From: Octopus vulgaris
Lineage: Eukaryota
NCBI GenBank assembly: GCA_951406725.2
Contig: OX597814.1
Location: 188,790,001-188,854,000, forward strand
Length of the DNA stretch: 64,000 nucleotides
Reading direction: 5' to 3'
Position numbers and translations under genes: made by a program. Shown piece by piece: positions 1 to 13,924 of the stretch; position 1 is the stretch's first letter, and each line of letters starts with the position of its first letter. Below the pieces are notes generated by a model. That model made no database searches. It was given only the letters and a program-made list of their open reading frames with translations, and was not told where the DNA came from.

Positions 1-303
1 ATGGACCCCTTTAATTACTATTTTATTCTGGTAGATCGCATAACCATTCGGTGTTTAGAAACTAGTTTAATAGAAGCTTCTTTCAAAATTCCTATTCTGT
101 TTTTCACATATTAACTTTGACCTATATAAAATGTTAGAGAAAGAAACCTAGCTGTCGTTGTATTGCATACCAATATATACATCTGAAGCAAAAGATTTTA
201 AGGGGCCCTTAAAATACTGTTGTGGGTCCCCAATTTACTATTTTGTTGCATGAACCCCCAAAAAAATCTTATAGGCCATATGGACCCCGGTTGAGAACCA
301 CTG
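1..303. mobile_element. Non-autonomous hAT-like DNA element (MITE), cut by window start
   Basis: Ends GGTTGAGAACCACTG (reverse complement CAGTGGTTCTCAACC, a hAT/Charlie-type terminus); body is the reverse complement of the element at 18262-18573. Confidence 0.6.
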
Positions 304-559
304 AGGCAGAGAATAGGTAGAAAGATTACTTCATTGAGATCACACCTCATTATTTGATACAAGAAAAACGGACATTGTTATAATAATTTTCAAGCAGTAT
401 CAAGATGTCGAATTTTCTAATTTTCACCTGTATGCAGACGTGTCAGACTACTACATCTGGACTCATCAAAAGAAATGGAGTTGGTGCAATCAAGGTTACT
501 TGTAAATCAAGAGACGTTATTGGACGTGTTGATATAATTAACTCTAATATCATAGAATG

Positions 560-870
560 TTTTTACCGGCCGTTACATCTTCACACTCTTCAAGTGTAGA
601 CATCATTTGGAAATCTCTGTCAGCCTATTTACGTGTTGCACTCAACTGAAAAATGTCTATGGAAACAGTTTCCAAGATTCAGGTTTTATTATGCGTCTTG
701 TGGTACTAGTTATCTCGGACGATGATCCCATATTTGTCATGCAGCTATAGCTTACGTTTAAATTTGTCTGTTAAAAAGTTCGGAATATTTGCGTTCTCTG
801 AGAAAATTCTTTTGAATGATGTCAAGGAAATGTTTCATAATATCGAATTTTCTGATAATGCTGGCATCAT
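560..870 (-). pseudogene. Highly decayed PLE ORF remnant (thumb/linker towards GIY-YIG)
   Basis: Minus strand reads KHFLDIIQKNF...ELFNR then, after a frameshift, NVSYSCMTNMGS, matching the FNR..K(V/L)SYSCM.NM motif of one PLE lineage; many stops and frameshifts. Confidence 0.5.
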
Positions 871-1885
871 TATAATCAATATTGCTAAATAGTTAGCCGA
901 AACAACAGTAATTGTCAACCAGCTGAATAATAAGGCAATCATATTACTGTTTCTGCGACATTCTTTTGTCTATGCTGCTGAGGTTTTAGAAACAAAACGT
1001 TCAGTTTATTCCTCTAAAAACGTTGTTGGAAAAATTATCGTAAGAAGTAGTAAGTGTGCAAAGGCAAAGAGGGACTCATTAGCTTATATATTTAATCCTT
1101 GATAACAGAAGGGCCATATCATTCTCTCCCTCGCTAAGAAATATAACATATATGACTGCATTGTATAATGATATTATAAGTTTAAAACTTGGAAACGGAT
1201 GAATTATTATACGTAGACGAGAAATACTTTTTTGAGTTCAGATTACGTCGCAGTGGTTTATATTCTCTTTTTTTGATGAAGTAGGACAGATAGAATTAAC
1301 CAGTTCAGTTGACTAAATATCATTTCTTATAAAAAAAAATAATGGTAAAAGGTAGCTGGAGTAGATTGAGAAAATCTGTACTGACTAATTTGTCATAACT
1401 CTATTGGTATATCGTAGGTGTAATTTTAAATTTCTACCCTGTTCAATTTTCTTTTACATATCTTCGGGGATTATTAAAATAAGAATCTGCAACATAATTG
1501 AAACAATTCAATTTCTAAAATTCAAATCATAATTATTATTAGTTTTACTATGAAATAAGGTAATATACCTGGAAATTGTCAGGCAACGTTTCATTTGTCA
1601 GATAACTGAGTGACACTATTCTCTTTTCTGGGAATCTTTTCTTCCATACAGTGGTTATATATTCCTTGAACGAAATGTTAATTTTTTTGAGAGAAACTGC
1701 TTCTAAAAAATATAGCAGAGTATGTATGAAATGAGATAGATTAACTCGAATTTGATTGGGATATCATTTTAATTGTTGCTTATACTCTTTTATATAAAAA
1801 AAAACATTTTTGTCATGATAGGTATACTGGGCTTCGTATATTTTACCCCAGTGCCACTATGATGGTATACACTGCTCTCTCACTC

Positions 1886-1938
<53 letters not shown>

Positions 1939-1947
1939 TAATAATAA
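1886..1947 (+). repeat. (AAT)n microsatellite, left flank of Dong/R4 insertion
   Basis: Direct read. Confidence 0.95.
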
Positions 1948-2463
1948 GGTATAGGCACACACCAGAAAAGGTCACAGAAAACGAGAAAGCAACCATACTC
2001 TGGGATATGCCGATACACACAGATAGAGAAATTAAGGCCAACAGACCAGATATAGTTGTCAGAGATCATGAAGAAAAAAATGCTTTCTAATTGATGTATC
2101 AATACCGGCAGATGACAACGCGTCTCTAAAAGAAATGGAGAAACTCTCAAAATACAAAGACCTGGAAATAGAGGTAACTAGAATGTGGAATCTGAAAACA
2201 GAAACAATTCCTATCATAGTAGGTGCATTAGGCATGATAAAAAAATATTCAGACAAATACATAACAAAAACACCAGGACTTACAAACACATATAACATAC
2301 AGAAAATTGCACTACTAGGCACTGCACACATCCTACGCAGAACACTTTCCATACAATAACCATCAGAGCATCACAACAAATCACAGCACATACCCAAGGC
2401 ACACAGAGCTGCGCTCGGTAGTGAAGTGAAAGCACGCTATAAAAAATAAAAATAAAACTACTG
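1948..2463 (+). mobile_element. 5'-truncated Dong/R4-clade non-LTR retrotransposon (restriction-like endonuclease domain + 3' UTR)
   Basis: ATILWDMPIHTDREIKANRPDIVV..(frameshift)..FLIDVSIPADDN..KEMEKLSKYKDLEIE..PIIVGALG is the RPD-D-K-KY RLE motif; (AAT)n on both sides. Confidence 0.85.
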
Positions 2464-4357
2464 AATAATAATAATAATAATAAGTTATTATTATTATTAC
2501 TATTATTATTATCTACAGTGTTCATTGAGGTTCAGGAATAGATGTTTTCATTGTTGACTTGACTTATTTATATTTCAGAGAAGCAATGATATTTGAAGCC
2601 AAAACAGCCCTGACGTTCCCCAAGAACATTTTCACGTACAATGAAGAAATGTGGATTCAAAGAAGAATTGAAACATTGTTGATTTGTATAGCTACTTGAT
2701 AGGTTTTGATTTGTAAGGTCTGTAAACTTTCGACGTTACAACCTATCACTTAACAGAAATAAAAAAGAGAAAATAAAATTTTTTTTAATGCTTTGTCCTC
2801 TGCTTCTCTTTTGTTTACTGATAGAGATTTGGACAATATAACGGAAAATGCTTGTATTTTTATTAGTAACAGAATGACAGTATCCTTTTAGTAAGCCTTA
2901 CCTTTATATATGTAATAATATTCGTTCTGAAGATCAAAATTCCGATATGGAATGTTTTCGCAACACGCTCTTTTCCGTTGATTACATCTTTACATCGATA
3001 TATGATAGTTAATTCAATTTAAATTGGTAAATCGATTTAATACTAACATTATTTAATCGATTATCGATAATTAGGTGCAAACAGTTTTGAGTTGATTAAT
3101 AAAAAGCCTCTGAAACAAAACTCAATTATGAGAAAAAGTGCTCAATTTTATTCGATATTTTTGAATGATGCAATTGAACTACTGTATGCTTTTGTGTCTT
3201 TTTGTACGTGTGCGTGCGTGCGTATGTGCATATTATTTTCTTTATTATAAAAAAATGTACGTGTGTTTAAAACGTTCGCGGCTATAAGATGTAAAAAAAC
3301 GTTCAAAAAATAAAATATAGGGAAGATAGAGAAGCTGGAGTGTAGTATGCAATGAATAGTAGAAAAAATACAAGACAAAAATATTCTATGAATGGGTTAA
3401 ACAAACGAGAACATCACAACAGATTTACTTTTTCTATTGTGCTTCATTTTTTTAAAAACTATTTGAAATGCATTGTGAAATTTCTAAAACCTTAGATTTC
3501 CAGAATACAGAATGCATATTTTCAGATGCAAACATTTGCGATCGAAACGGTAAAAAAGAAGAAAAACCATACATGATCAAGAATAAATCGAAATGAAAGG
3601 CCAACAATCATCAGTAAGATAAAACAAAGGTGTCTTTGTGTCGAGAAAACGATAGAATTAAGAAACTATTGTAAGACTATATTAGAAGAGAATGCGTAAA
3701 TAGATTTTTCTGACTGTTAAGTGATTCAAGCCGAACAACATGTAGTTTACAATTTTACGTAAATATGTTGAAAAGCCAAGTAGTTGATTCATTACATGTA
3801 TAGGAAATCGTATAGTCATGGTAGCCGTTTTCCTCCTGATAATAGTGTGTTCTTATGTGAGGTATGACAAAATACAATGCCGAGTCGTTGACCACCAGAG
3901 AGAACATCAAGTTTTGTGTTAGAAATAATGAGAAGATTCGGCGGAGATCAATAATACTCGAAGGTTTTTGAGAATTAAGACTGGTATGGCGCCTTAGAGA
4001 GATTCAATGGCTTGAATAATATTGATTTCTGTAACACTGGCGCAAGGTCACACATTTCAATGAAACGTTTGAAATGAACTCGATATATGTCTCATACTTA
4101 TTTTATTGACCCCGGATAAATAACATGCAATAAGCAACGTAGGTAATGTGACGTTTTTGCCATTCTACTATGTTTCTATAGAGTATATTAGGCCAGAGAA
4201 TTTAGAGGTAAAGTTCATGCTAATAGTTAGAGCATCGATAGAATTAATCACTACCATTTCAATGCTTTTCAGCTTCACTCTTGCTGCCACCCAAAATAAT
4301 GCAATCTGAATAAAAATAATAAAGCTTATTCCATCTATGAAACATTGATATCAGTCG

Positions 4358-4573
4358 AAGGCGGCGAGCTGGCAGAAACGTTAGCACGTATTTCGTCTGC
4401 CGTTATGTTGTGAGTTCAAATTCCGCCGAGGTCGACTTTGCCTTTCATCCTTTCGGAGTCGATAAATTAAGTACAAGTTACGCACTGGGGTCGATATAAA
4501 CGACTTTTCCGTTTGTTTGTCTGTCCTTGTTTGTCTTCTTTGTGTTTAGCCCCTTGTGGGTAGTAAAGAAATA
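4358..4573 (+). mobile_element. SINE family B (tRNA-like head, Meta/MESC-like core), monomer
   Basis: AGGCGGCGAGCTGGCAGAAACG head, GAGTTCAAATTCC B-box-like motif, GCCTTTCATCCTTTCGG.GTCGATAAATTAAGTAC core; flanked by GAAACATT(G/T)ATATCA TSD. Confidence 0.85.
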
Positions 4574-4600
4574 GAAACATTTATATCACTTATCTGAATC

Positions 4601-5055
4601 AGACGGCGAGCAGGTAAAATCGTTAGCACGCTGGGCGAAATGGTTAGCGTCATTTCGTCAGTCTTTATGTTCTGAGTTCAAATTCCGTCGAGGTTGGCTT
4701 TGCTTTTCATCGTTTTACAGTCGATAAAATAAGTACCAGTTTGAGCACTGGGGTCGATTTAATCGATTTACCTTCACCCCCAATAAAACTACTGGGTTTG
4801 TACCAAACTTTGAAACCAATATTAATGATCCGAGTAAGAGAGCGAGCCAGCAAAATCGTTACCGCACCGGGAAAAATCCTTGGCTGCATTTCTTCCGACT
4901 TCACGTTTCCTTTCTTTTCACGTTGCCTTTCTTTCTTTCGTGGTCGACAAAATAAGTACCAGTTGAACACTGGTGTTGAACACTGGTGTTGATGCAATCG
5001 ATTACTCCCTCCACTGAAATTGCTGACCTTGTGCTAAAATTTGAAAATCAATATT
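4601..5055 (+). mobile_element. Two older family-B SINEs with an alternative 3' tail (B2)
   Basis: Same head and core, ending ...TTTGAAA(C/A).CAATATT instead of the AAAGAAATA tail. Confidence 0.7.
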
Positions 5056-5626
5056 AATCACCTGAATTATAAGATTTCTTTTATATTTGGATACTTGTGA
5101 TAAACCTGAACTTATTGTATTATAATACTAACACTGTAAACTAACAACTGGCTTGTCAGTTTTCAGTAAGCTTAGTGCTTCACCGAGCTGGGTTAATTTT
5201 CGCTCCCCGCTTTCTCTCGTGCATACCTGTTACTTTATGATTAAGCCTTCTGTGTGTTGTGCACAAGTACATTGGTAAATTAATAACGAACTGCGATCTT
5301 TTGAAGATTCTGTTAGTTTAGAGCAACATTAAAAAATGGATATTAGGGTAGAGTATGCTAAATTCTATTATTAATACATAAAGGAACTTATCTTTTGTAG
5401 GTGGTGCGGAGATGATAGTAAAATTGACCTTAATACTTTATTATAATTTATTAATCTCTGAAGAATGAACGACAAATTTGACGGGCTGGATTTAAACTCA
5501 GATCATAATGGATTATAATTCAATATTCCAAGTATTTTGCCGGTGCCCTGAGAGATCAAGTTATAGATCGTCATCCAGAAACCCATGTAGAAACTACATA
5601 CAAAATCAAGGGCAAATGAAAATAAA

Positions 5627-6005
5627 TGTGGTAAGTAGCTTGCTTACCAACCTATGGTTCCGGGTTCAGTCCCACTGCCTGGCACCTTGGGCAAGTGTCT
5701 TCTACTAAAGCCTCGGGCCGATCAAAGCCTTGTGAGTGGATTTGGTAGATGGAAACTGAAAGGAAACCCGTCATATGTGTGTGTGTGTGTGTGTGTGTGT
5801 GCGTCTGTCTTTGTCCCCCACCAACATCGCTTGACAACTGATGCTGGTGTGTTTACATCCCCCTAACTTAGCGGTTCGGGAAAAGAGACCGATAGAATAA
5901 GTACTATGCTTACAAAGAATAAATCCTGGGGTCAATTTGCTCGACTAAAGTCGGTGCTCCAGCATGGCCACAGTCAAATGACAGAAACAAGTAAAAGAGA
6001 AAAAG
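5627..6005 (+). mobile_element. SINE family A (tRNA head, internal TG microsatellite, CR1-like tail)
   Basis: TGTGGTAAGTAGCTTGCTTACC..GGTTCAGTCCC..CCTTGGGCAAGTG..; ends GGTGCTCCAGCATGGCC..AAGTAAAAGAG. Confidence 0.85.
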
Positions 6006-7061
6006 CATGCGCCGTCTGTTAGAATCGAAACTCTATCCCTGGTATTCACAGACCAATAACTTTATAAATAAATTACTTTCTATTATTTTAGAAGAGTTTT
6101 TTTTCTCTCTTACTCTCTCTCTCTCTCTCTCTCTCACTCGAGTTTGTGATCATTTTTATGAACCAAGCCATTATCGAAAAGAACGAATTGTTCTTCTACA
6201 AAAAAACACTTTCACGACAGAAAAAAAATTACTTCTAGAAGCAATTTAACCTCCCTTAAATGTTGGTGTTTAGTTATTTGGCCAACAGGAACGGACGATC
6301 ATCAAAGCTGAAGATAAATACAAAAGCTTCAAAGCGTAGAATGATAATAGAAAATCGATTTCGTTTTACGTTAATAAATCTGGAGCAAATGCCATAAATC
6401 TTAATTTGAGTTTTTGTGAAGTGTCCACAGTTTTAATTACACGTTTGAAATTTGTGTTTTTAAATGTGCTCTTAAAATAACAATGCGAATATGCAAATAA
6501 AGACACACAGACATACTAATGTTCAACCACACATGGATACATACGCATACATGCATTTATATACACTGAATGATTCTGTCTTACTCTCTTCCTCTCACCG
6601 CACGTATACACATAGACACAAACTCACACGCACGCACGCACGCACACACTATGAAAACAGAAAACAAATGAATTTTAATACAGCATTAAAGACAACCGTT
6701 GACACCTAATTTAAGGTATTTGTTGGTTGCAAAAGAAAAAAGGAAAGTTTATGCTTTGGTAAGGATCTGATATGTCTGGTGTCTAAAGGATAGTTGTTAA
6801 GTTACGAAGAGAAATTAATACTTACACACACGCATACACAAATATATGTGCGTTCGTCTTTGTCTTTTGTGCTTGCGTGTGTGTGAGAGTGAGTGTTTGT
6901 ATTCTTGCTTGTATGTCTGTATTTGTGTGTTGGCATTTACAAAGACAAGTGAAAATAAACGGAGCAGGACAGAAGGCTGTTTTTTGTTTTTCAGTTTTAA
7001 AACGTCTAGCCTTTATATAACCATTTTTTCCAAAGTACCTAACGAAAAAATATATATAGGG

Positions 7062-7482
7062 AAGGCTGCGAGCTGGCAGAAACGTTAGCACACCGGGTGA
7101 AATGCTTAGCGGCATTTCGTCTGCCGCTACGTTCTGAGTTCAAATTCCGCTGAGGTCGACTTTGCCGTTCATCCTTTCGGGGTCGACTAAATAAGTACCA
7201 GTTACGCACTGGGGTCGATATAATCGACTTAATCCGTTTGTCTGTCCTTGTTTGTCCTCTCTGTGTTTAGCCCCTACTGGGTAGTAAAGAAATAGAAATG
7301 GGTATTTCGTCTGCCGCTACGTTCTGAGTTCAAATTCCGCCGAGGTCGACTTTGCCTTTCATCCTTTTGGGGTCGGTAAATTAAGTACCAGTTACGCACT
7401 GGGGTAAATTTAATCGACTTAATCCCTTTGTCTGTCCTTGTTTGTTCTCTCTGTTTAGCTTCTTGTGGGAAATAAGGAAATA
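7062..7482 (+). mobile_element. SINE family B, head + 2 body units
   Basis: Body repeated in tandem; TATATATAGGG on both flanks. Confidence 0.85.
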
Positions 7483-9464
7483 AGAATAATTATATATAGG
7501 GTTTTACAAAACTGTTTCATATATGAGACACGGTATTTAAGTTAACACACCAAAGCTTTTTTGTATCCTTATGTTTATTTGATGTGGAATGGGAGATAGC
7601 AAAATCGGTGAAGTACTTGGCGAAATGCTTATATATTTAATTATGACTTCAAATCCTACCAAAGACGATTTTGACTATCATACGTCCAGGACGATAAAAC
7701 AAGCACCAGTCAGGTTTTGAGATCGATTAAATCGATGAAGCGTCTGTCTCAAATTTGTGTCCAGCTGTCTATGCCAGAAATAATAATTTTTTTTTGCTAA
7801 ATGAGATCTGATATAATATGATTTAAAGTTGTCAATGTAGCAGAAAATATATTTAATGTAGCTTCGTATGAATCACTTCTCCCCAAATACTGGGTTTAAA
7901 ACCGGCAATTACATTGGTATATCTGAGGCCTGAACTTCAAATAAAGACAAGTCTGATCATATAAATCAAGATTTACTCTCCAAGAACTTTGGAGTGATTA
8001 TCGATTCAATTAAATGAATTCCCATATTCGTAGCAATGTATTATTAAAGTAGCATGCATTAAAGATTCAAACGATCTCTACTGGCTATTTAACCTAAGAA
8101 ACTGTAATACTAAAACAGTGAAGAAAAAACAAGATGTTGCTAAAATTCTAATGAGTAACAGGAATGAAAACCAATTTAATAAAGCAAGAATTTCAGATGC
8201 TTAACGCACTATAAATGCAATGATGAGGATCTATGGGCAGAATTTGTAGAAGATTAGGCAAAATGCATTGTAGGATTTAGTTTTGGGCTTTTTAGTTTTG
8301 AATTCAGCTTACCACAAGATCAAATTTGCTTTTTCTCATTTGGTGCCAGTAAAATCAATAAGTATCAGGAGACAGTAATTAATATAATCGATCTTGGTGT
8401 CCAACATAATATAGAACTGATCACATTTCTTTGCAGAATGTTAAAAGGCTTACGAGCATTAATGGGTGAATAAATAAGTAGTAAAAATTACATGCTATGT
8501 TACTCAATAAAAGTCAACGTCGAAGTTGGTAATTAACAGCAAACCAACCGAAAGTTTGACGTATATTGTTACCGTCATTGAATCCATGGCGAAAGTATTA
8601 AGACCTCAGACACTTTAGTTTAATTAAATAGGTATCAGAGAGTGGGGAGAATGCCCTGATTTAAACATTACAAATGACAGGTGTTTATGAGCTGTTATTA
8701 ACCTTTTCTTTGAGAGAAGGCTGGAGAGGGATAGGCTCTACTAATTAATCATCAGCGGCATCCCTAAACTTATGACTTGACGAATTTGTCAGCTTGTACC
8801 AACGATAAAGAGTCTTAGCTAAATACCATAAAATATGTGGTCACGGCAAGCGACTGTTTCTTTCATTGCTTCACTCCAATGTAACAAATGTGAAAACCAG
8901 AACAAATTCCTAAAATGCAAAAACTCTAAATATTTCCCCGAAAAGAAATTCCAGAAATGAAATTTGAACACGACTACAAATTAAATACATTTATGGTACA
9001 TTTAGATAACTATGACAAAAAGAAGACCTTGAAAATGCTAACCAAAGAAGAAAAGTTTGGAAGAACCAAAAAGAAGTAGTTCGAAATAATAGAATATCAA
9101 AGTTGTAGTTTAGCTCCAGGTCAGCGCTTAATTGTACTGAGATATGATCATTGACATTCTAGCCGCGACCATCTCGTTTAGCTTCCAAACATAGTGTATC
9201 TAAAATTATATTATTCAATATCGGCTTTAGTTATGATGAGAAGTAAGGGATATTTGACGTTGAAGATCAACGTCAAAGAGTTGCTATTAAAAGATGACGA
9301 AGACCCAGATTTCTCATTCACATGAACTATGTCTAAAATGTGATACATTTTCATAAAATTAATTATATTTTAATGTCGTATAACAATGAAAAACTAATTG
9401 AAATACAGATAGGAAGAAAGTTTGGTTTATATCAGTATGGTTTCCGAAATAACAACAATATATA

Positions 9465-9465
<1 letters not shown>

Positions 9466-9530
<65 letters not shown>

Positions 9531-9531
9531 G

Positions 9532-9563
<32 letters not shown>
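9466..9563 (+). repeat. (CTAT)n microsatellite
   Basis: Direct read. Confidence 0.95.
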
Positions 9564-9564
<1 letters not shown>

Positions 9565-9582
9565 ACATACATACATACATCT

Positions 9583-9630
<48 letters not shown>

Positions 9631-9840
9631 AAGTGTACATACATATGTATGCATTTATATATGTATATATATGCATACATTTACATATCACGTGATCACG
9701 TGACCGACCAGTCCATCAGAAGTAGTTACACATCGCTGATCACAATGCGTTCGCATTGTTTTAGCCTTCGAATGACGCCACCCCGCTGGCTAAGCGAGCA
9801 GGCCAACATTTACATATATGTATCAATCTCTCTCTCTCTC

Positions 9841-9923
<83 letters not shown>

Positions 9924-9924
<1 letters not shown>

Positions 9925-10250
9925 TGAAGGCACATGGCTCAGTGGTGGTTAGAAAGTCGGGCTCTCAATCAAGCAGTAGTGAGCTCGATTCCTGAATCGG
10001 GATAGAGCAAGACACTATATTTTCATGTTGCTCAAGTTCGCTCAGCTTTAGAAATGAGTTGCGATATCACTGGTGCCAAGCTGTATCAGCCTTTCCCTAG
10101 GATAACCTCAGTGGCGTGGAGAGGGGAGGTTGGTATGCATAGGCGACTGCTGGTCTTTTATGTACCTCTCTTCCCAGACTTGTGCCTCGGAGGGAAACTT
10201 TCCAGGTGCAACTCCATGGTAATCCATGATCGAAGTGGGGCTTTACCCTA
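9924..10250 (+). mobile_element. tRNA-derived SINE (head D, body E)
   Basis: GGCACATGGCTCAGTGG A-box, TCGATTCC B-box-like motif, GAGCAAGACACT core; its 3' end recurs at about 24590-24645. Confidence 0.65.
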
Positions 10251-10387
10251 TATATATATGTATCTGAGCAATAATTATAAAGATAGAGAGAATGTGGAGA
10301 CTGGTACATCCCAGAAAATTTATTTCCTTTTACATTACAGTGTCATACAGCATATCGTTATTGTTACGACGACCTATACGTGTTTCC

Positions 10388-11186
10388 TATTTCTTTACTG
10401 CCCACAAGGGGCTACACACAGAGGGGACAAACAAGGACAGACACGCGGATTAAGTCGATTATATCGACCCCAGTGCGTAACTGGTACTTATTTAATAGAC
10501 CCCGAAAGGATGAAAGGCAAAGTCGACCTCGGCGGAATTTGAACTGAGAACGTAGTGGCAAACAAAATACCTATTTTTTTACTTCCCACAAGGGGCTAAA
10601 CACATAGAGGACAAGCAAGGACAGACAAACGGATTAAGTCGATTATATCGACCCCAGTGCGTAACTGGTACTTATTTAATCGACCCCGAAAGGATGAAAG
10701 GCAAAGTCGACCTCGGCGGAATTTGAACTCAGAACGTAGCGGCAGATGAAATACCTATTTCTATTTTTTTTACTACCTACAAGGGGCTAAACACAGAGGG
10801 GACAAAGAAGGACAGACAGATGGATTAAGTCGATTACATCGACCCCAGTGCGTAACTAGTACTTATTTAATCGACCCCGAAAGGATGAAAGGCAAAGTAG
10901 ACCTCGGCGGAATTTGAACTCAGAACGTAGCGGCAGATGAAATACCTATTTCTATTTTTTTTACTACCTACAAGGGGCTAAACACAGAGGGGACAAAGAA
11001 GGACAGACAGATGGATTAAGTCGATTACATCGACCCCAGTGCGTAACTGGTACTTATTTAATCGACCCCGAAAGGATGAAAGGCAAAGTCGACCTCGGCG
11101 GAATTTGAACTCAGAACGTGACGGCAGACGAAATACGGCTACGCATTTCACCCGGCCTGCTAACGATTCTGCCAGCTCGCCACCTT
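10388..11186 (-). mobile_element. SINE family B, head + 4 tandem body units (~185 bp each)
   Basis: Units begin near 10388, 10571, 10757 and 10947; single head at 11130-11186; GTGTTTCC on both flanks. Confidence 0.9.
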
Positions 11187-11391
11187 AGTGTTTCCGCTGC
11201 ATAGGGTGTGGGCTGTTGCTTATGCAACAATGCATCATTTTCTGCGCAATTTCGTTCAGGCTCGAAAGCTGCACAGAAAATTATGTCCGGTATCATAATA
11301 TGCAAAGAGGAAATACGAGTAGGTCGTCATCCCTATAAAAAATATGTTGTATGACTGTAAAATAATAGGAAATAAATTTTGAGAAAGTACC

Positions 11392-11563
11392 AGGCGCAGG
11401 AGTGGCTGTGTGGTAAGTAGCTTGCTTACCAACCACATGGTTCCGGGTTCAGTCCCACTGCGTGGCACCTTGAGCAAGTGTCTTCTACTATAGCCTCGGG
11501 CCGACCAAAGCCTTGTGAGTGGATTTTGTAGACGGAAACTGAAAGAAGCCCGTCGTATATATG

Positions 11564-11604
<41 letters not shown>

Positions 11605-11823
11605 GTGTGTGTCCGTGCTTGTCCCCCTAGCATTGCTTGACAACCGATGCTGGTGTGTTTATGTCCCCGTCACTTAGCGGTTCGGCAAAATGAGACCGAT
11701 AGAATAAGTACTGGGCTTACAAAAGAATAAGTCCCGGGGTCGAGTTGCTCGATTAAAGGCGGTGCTCCAGCATGGCCGCAGTCAAATGACTGAAGCAAGT
11801 AAAAGAGTAAAAGAGTAAAGAGT
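11392..11823 (+). mobile_element. SINE family A, full length
   Basis: GGCGCAGGAGTGGCTGTGTGGTAAG head through (AGTAAAAG)n tail. Confidence 0.9.
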
Positions 11824-12066
11824 GTCTCCATACTCTCTGCCGTTACAATTGTTGCTAGTATACACTCCAGATAATATTACTATCCAGTGAAGCGAACCAG
11901 GGAATTACCCATCGGAGGAATTTACAGCGTGAGTGACGACTAGCAGTCATAGACTTTAAATACCTATCGATGCGTTTAGTCGTAACCTGGAACATAACAG
12001 AGCTACCATGTCTCCGCTCGGATAATATATCCCGCTAAACTCTTTCTCTCTCTGTCTCTCTCTGTC

Positions 12067-12151
<85 letters not shown>

Positions 12152-12152
<1 letters not shown>

Positions 12153-12420
12153 TCTTACTGTTTTACTCTTTTGTTTGTTTCAGTCATTTGACTGCAGCCA
12201 TGCTGGAGCACTGCCTTTAGTCGAGCAAATCGCCCCCCAGGACTTATGCTTTGTAAGCCTAATGCTTATTCTATCGGTCTCTTTTGCCGAACCGCTAAGA
12301 CACGGGGACGTAAACACACCAACAACGGTTGTCAAGCGATGTTGGCGGGACAATCACAGACACACAAACACATACACACACATGCACACACACATGCACA
12401 CACACATGCACACACACATG

Positions 12421-12500
<80 letters not shown>

Positions 12501-12657
12501 CGACGGGTTTCTTTCAGTTTCCGTTTATCAAATCCACTCACAAGGGGCTTTGGTCGGCCCGAGGCTGTAGTAGAAGACACTTGCCCAAGGTGCCACGCAG
12601 TGGGACTGAACCCGGAACCATGTGGCTGGTAAGCAAGCTACTTACCACACAGCCACA
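12152..12657 (-). mobile_element. SINE family A
   Basis: Reverse complement of 11392-11823 with expanded internal (CA)n. Confidence 0.9.
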
Positions 12658-13798
12658 CAAACAAACATGTATGTATGTGTATCTTTCACCAAAATGTGTC
12701 TGTTAAACGTCTACTAGTTGAGTACGAAAGGACTTCAAATTCATTTGAGAAATGAAAGAAAAATATGATAACAGTAATCAGTTTTATATTTTACTTTATA
12801 TTTTAGGCTCTTTTTAGATGAAAGAGTACTGCAGAGTGGTTGCACATCCCTTGAACCAGTTAGCACACGCCGCTTCAAAAGATAGCAAGCAAATAAATGT
12901 CTTTGTTCATGCACGAACAATATATTCTACTTTAATATCAATTTCATTTTTTTTTCCAGAGAAAAAAAGTAATATATTGAGATAACTGTCGAGCATTGTA
13001 CATAACTGATACAATACTGGGCATTTCCTAATTTTCAAAACCTTCTGATATACATTAATATATTAATATACAATGCATCATAACAATTTTATAACAAATT
13101 TTATGATTCACTCCTTTGGCAACGGATACTGAGGCAATCATACTACTGAATTAACCAGGCGGATAGTCACACCATGACATTATAGGATTGAAAATAGCAA
13201 CAGAGTCATTGTGAAAAGCTTTCGACTTATAGCCCTGCATAATTGTGTTAAACCAACTAGAAAAACAAATATTTACTTCATTAACAAGCACAACGGGGCT
13301 GTATGTCCCTACAAGATATAAACAATCATTTGTGAAGTAATTAGATTTATATATGCCTTATGAAATTAAAAAATAAATGTTTTGTATTATTAAGTTTGAG
13401 TTATTTTAAGTAAATTGAATGAATGCTTGTAATTAGAGTTTCAGTCAACCTGAGAAATTATTTAAGCCTTCTTAAGGTATGTGTATATCCCACAAAATCA
13501 TTAAGCAGGTGAAGTGTTTTGGATTAGGTATGTGGTCAAGTGCGGTGTCCTTTTGGTTCTATCGTTAACTTTGCTGGTAAGAAAATATGCGATGCTATCT
13601 CTAGGTAAAGATGTTTTGAGACGGCGGTGCTCCAGCACGGCCGCAAGCAAACGAGCAAAAAGAATGTAAATATATAATCAAAATAATTACCTCTGGATAT
13701 CTTTGTTGCTTATTTTGATTGTAATCACCCCATTTTGAATTATATGGATATCATACTAAATTCTGGTGCCTTTAACTTAAGTACCATATTCAACAGAA

Positions 13799-13879
<81 letters not shown>

Positions 13880-13924
13880 GTGTGTTTATATATATATGTG
13901 TAAATATATATATATACGGCATAA

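Noticed and set aside
2579-2700. Possible terminal exon after TTTCAG; similar weak exon candidates at 8436, 12818, 13509 and 37599
   Set aside because: Only isolated splice-like signals, no recognisable protein and no consistent gene model.
10388-11186. Regularly spaced repeats resembling a CRISPR array
   Set aside because: Whole ~185-bp units repeat with no unique spacers, there are no cas genes, and the context is eukaryotic SINE.
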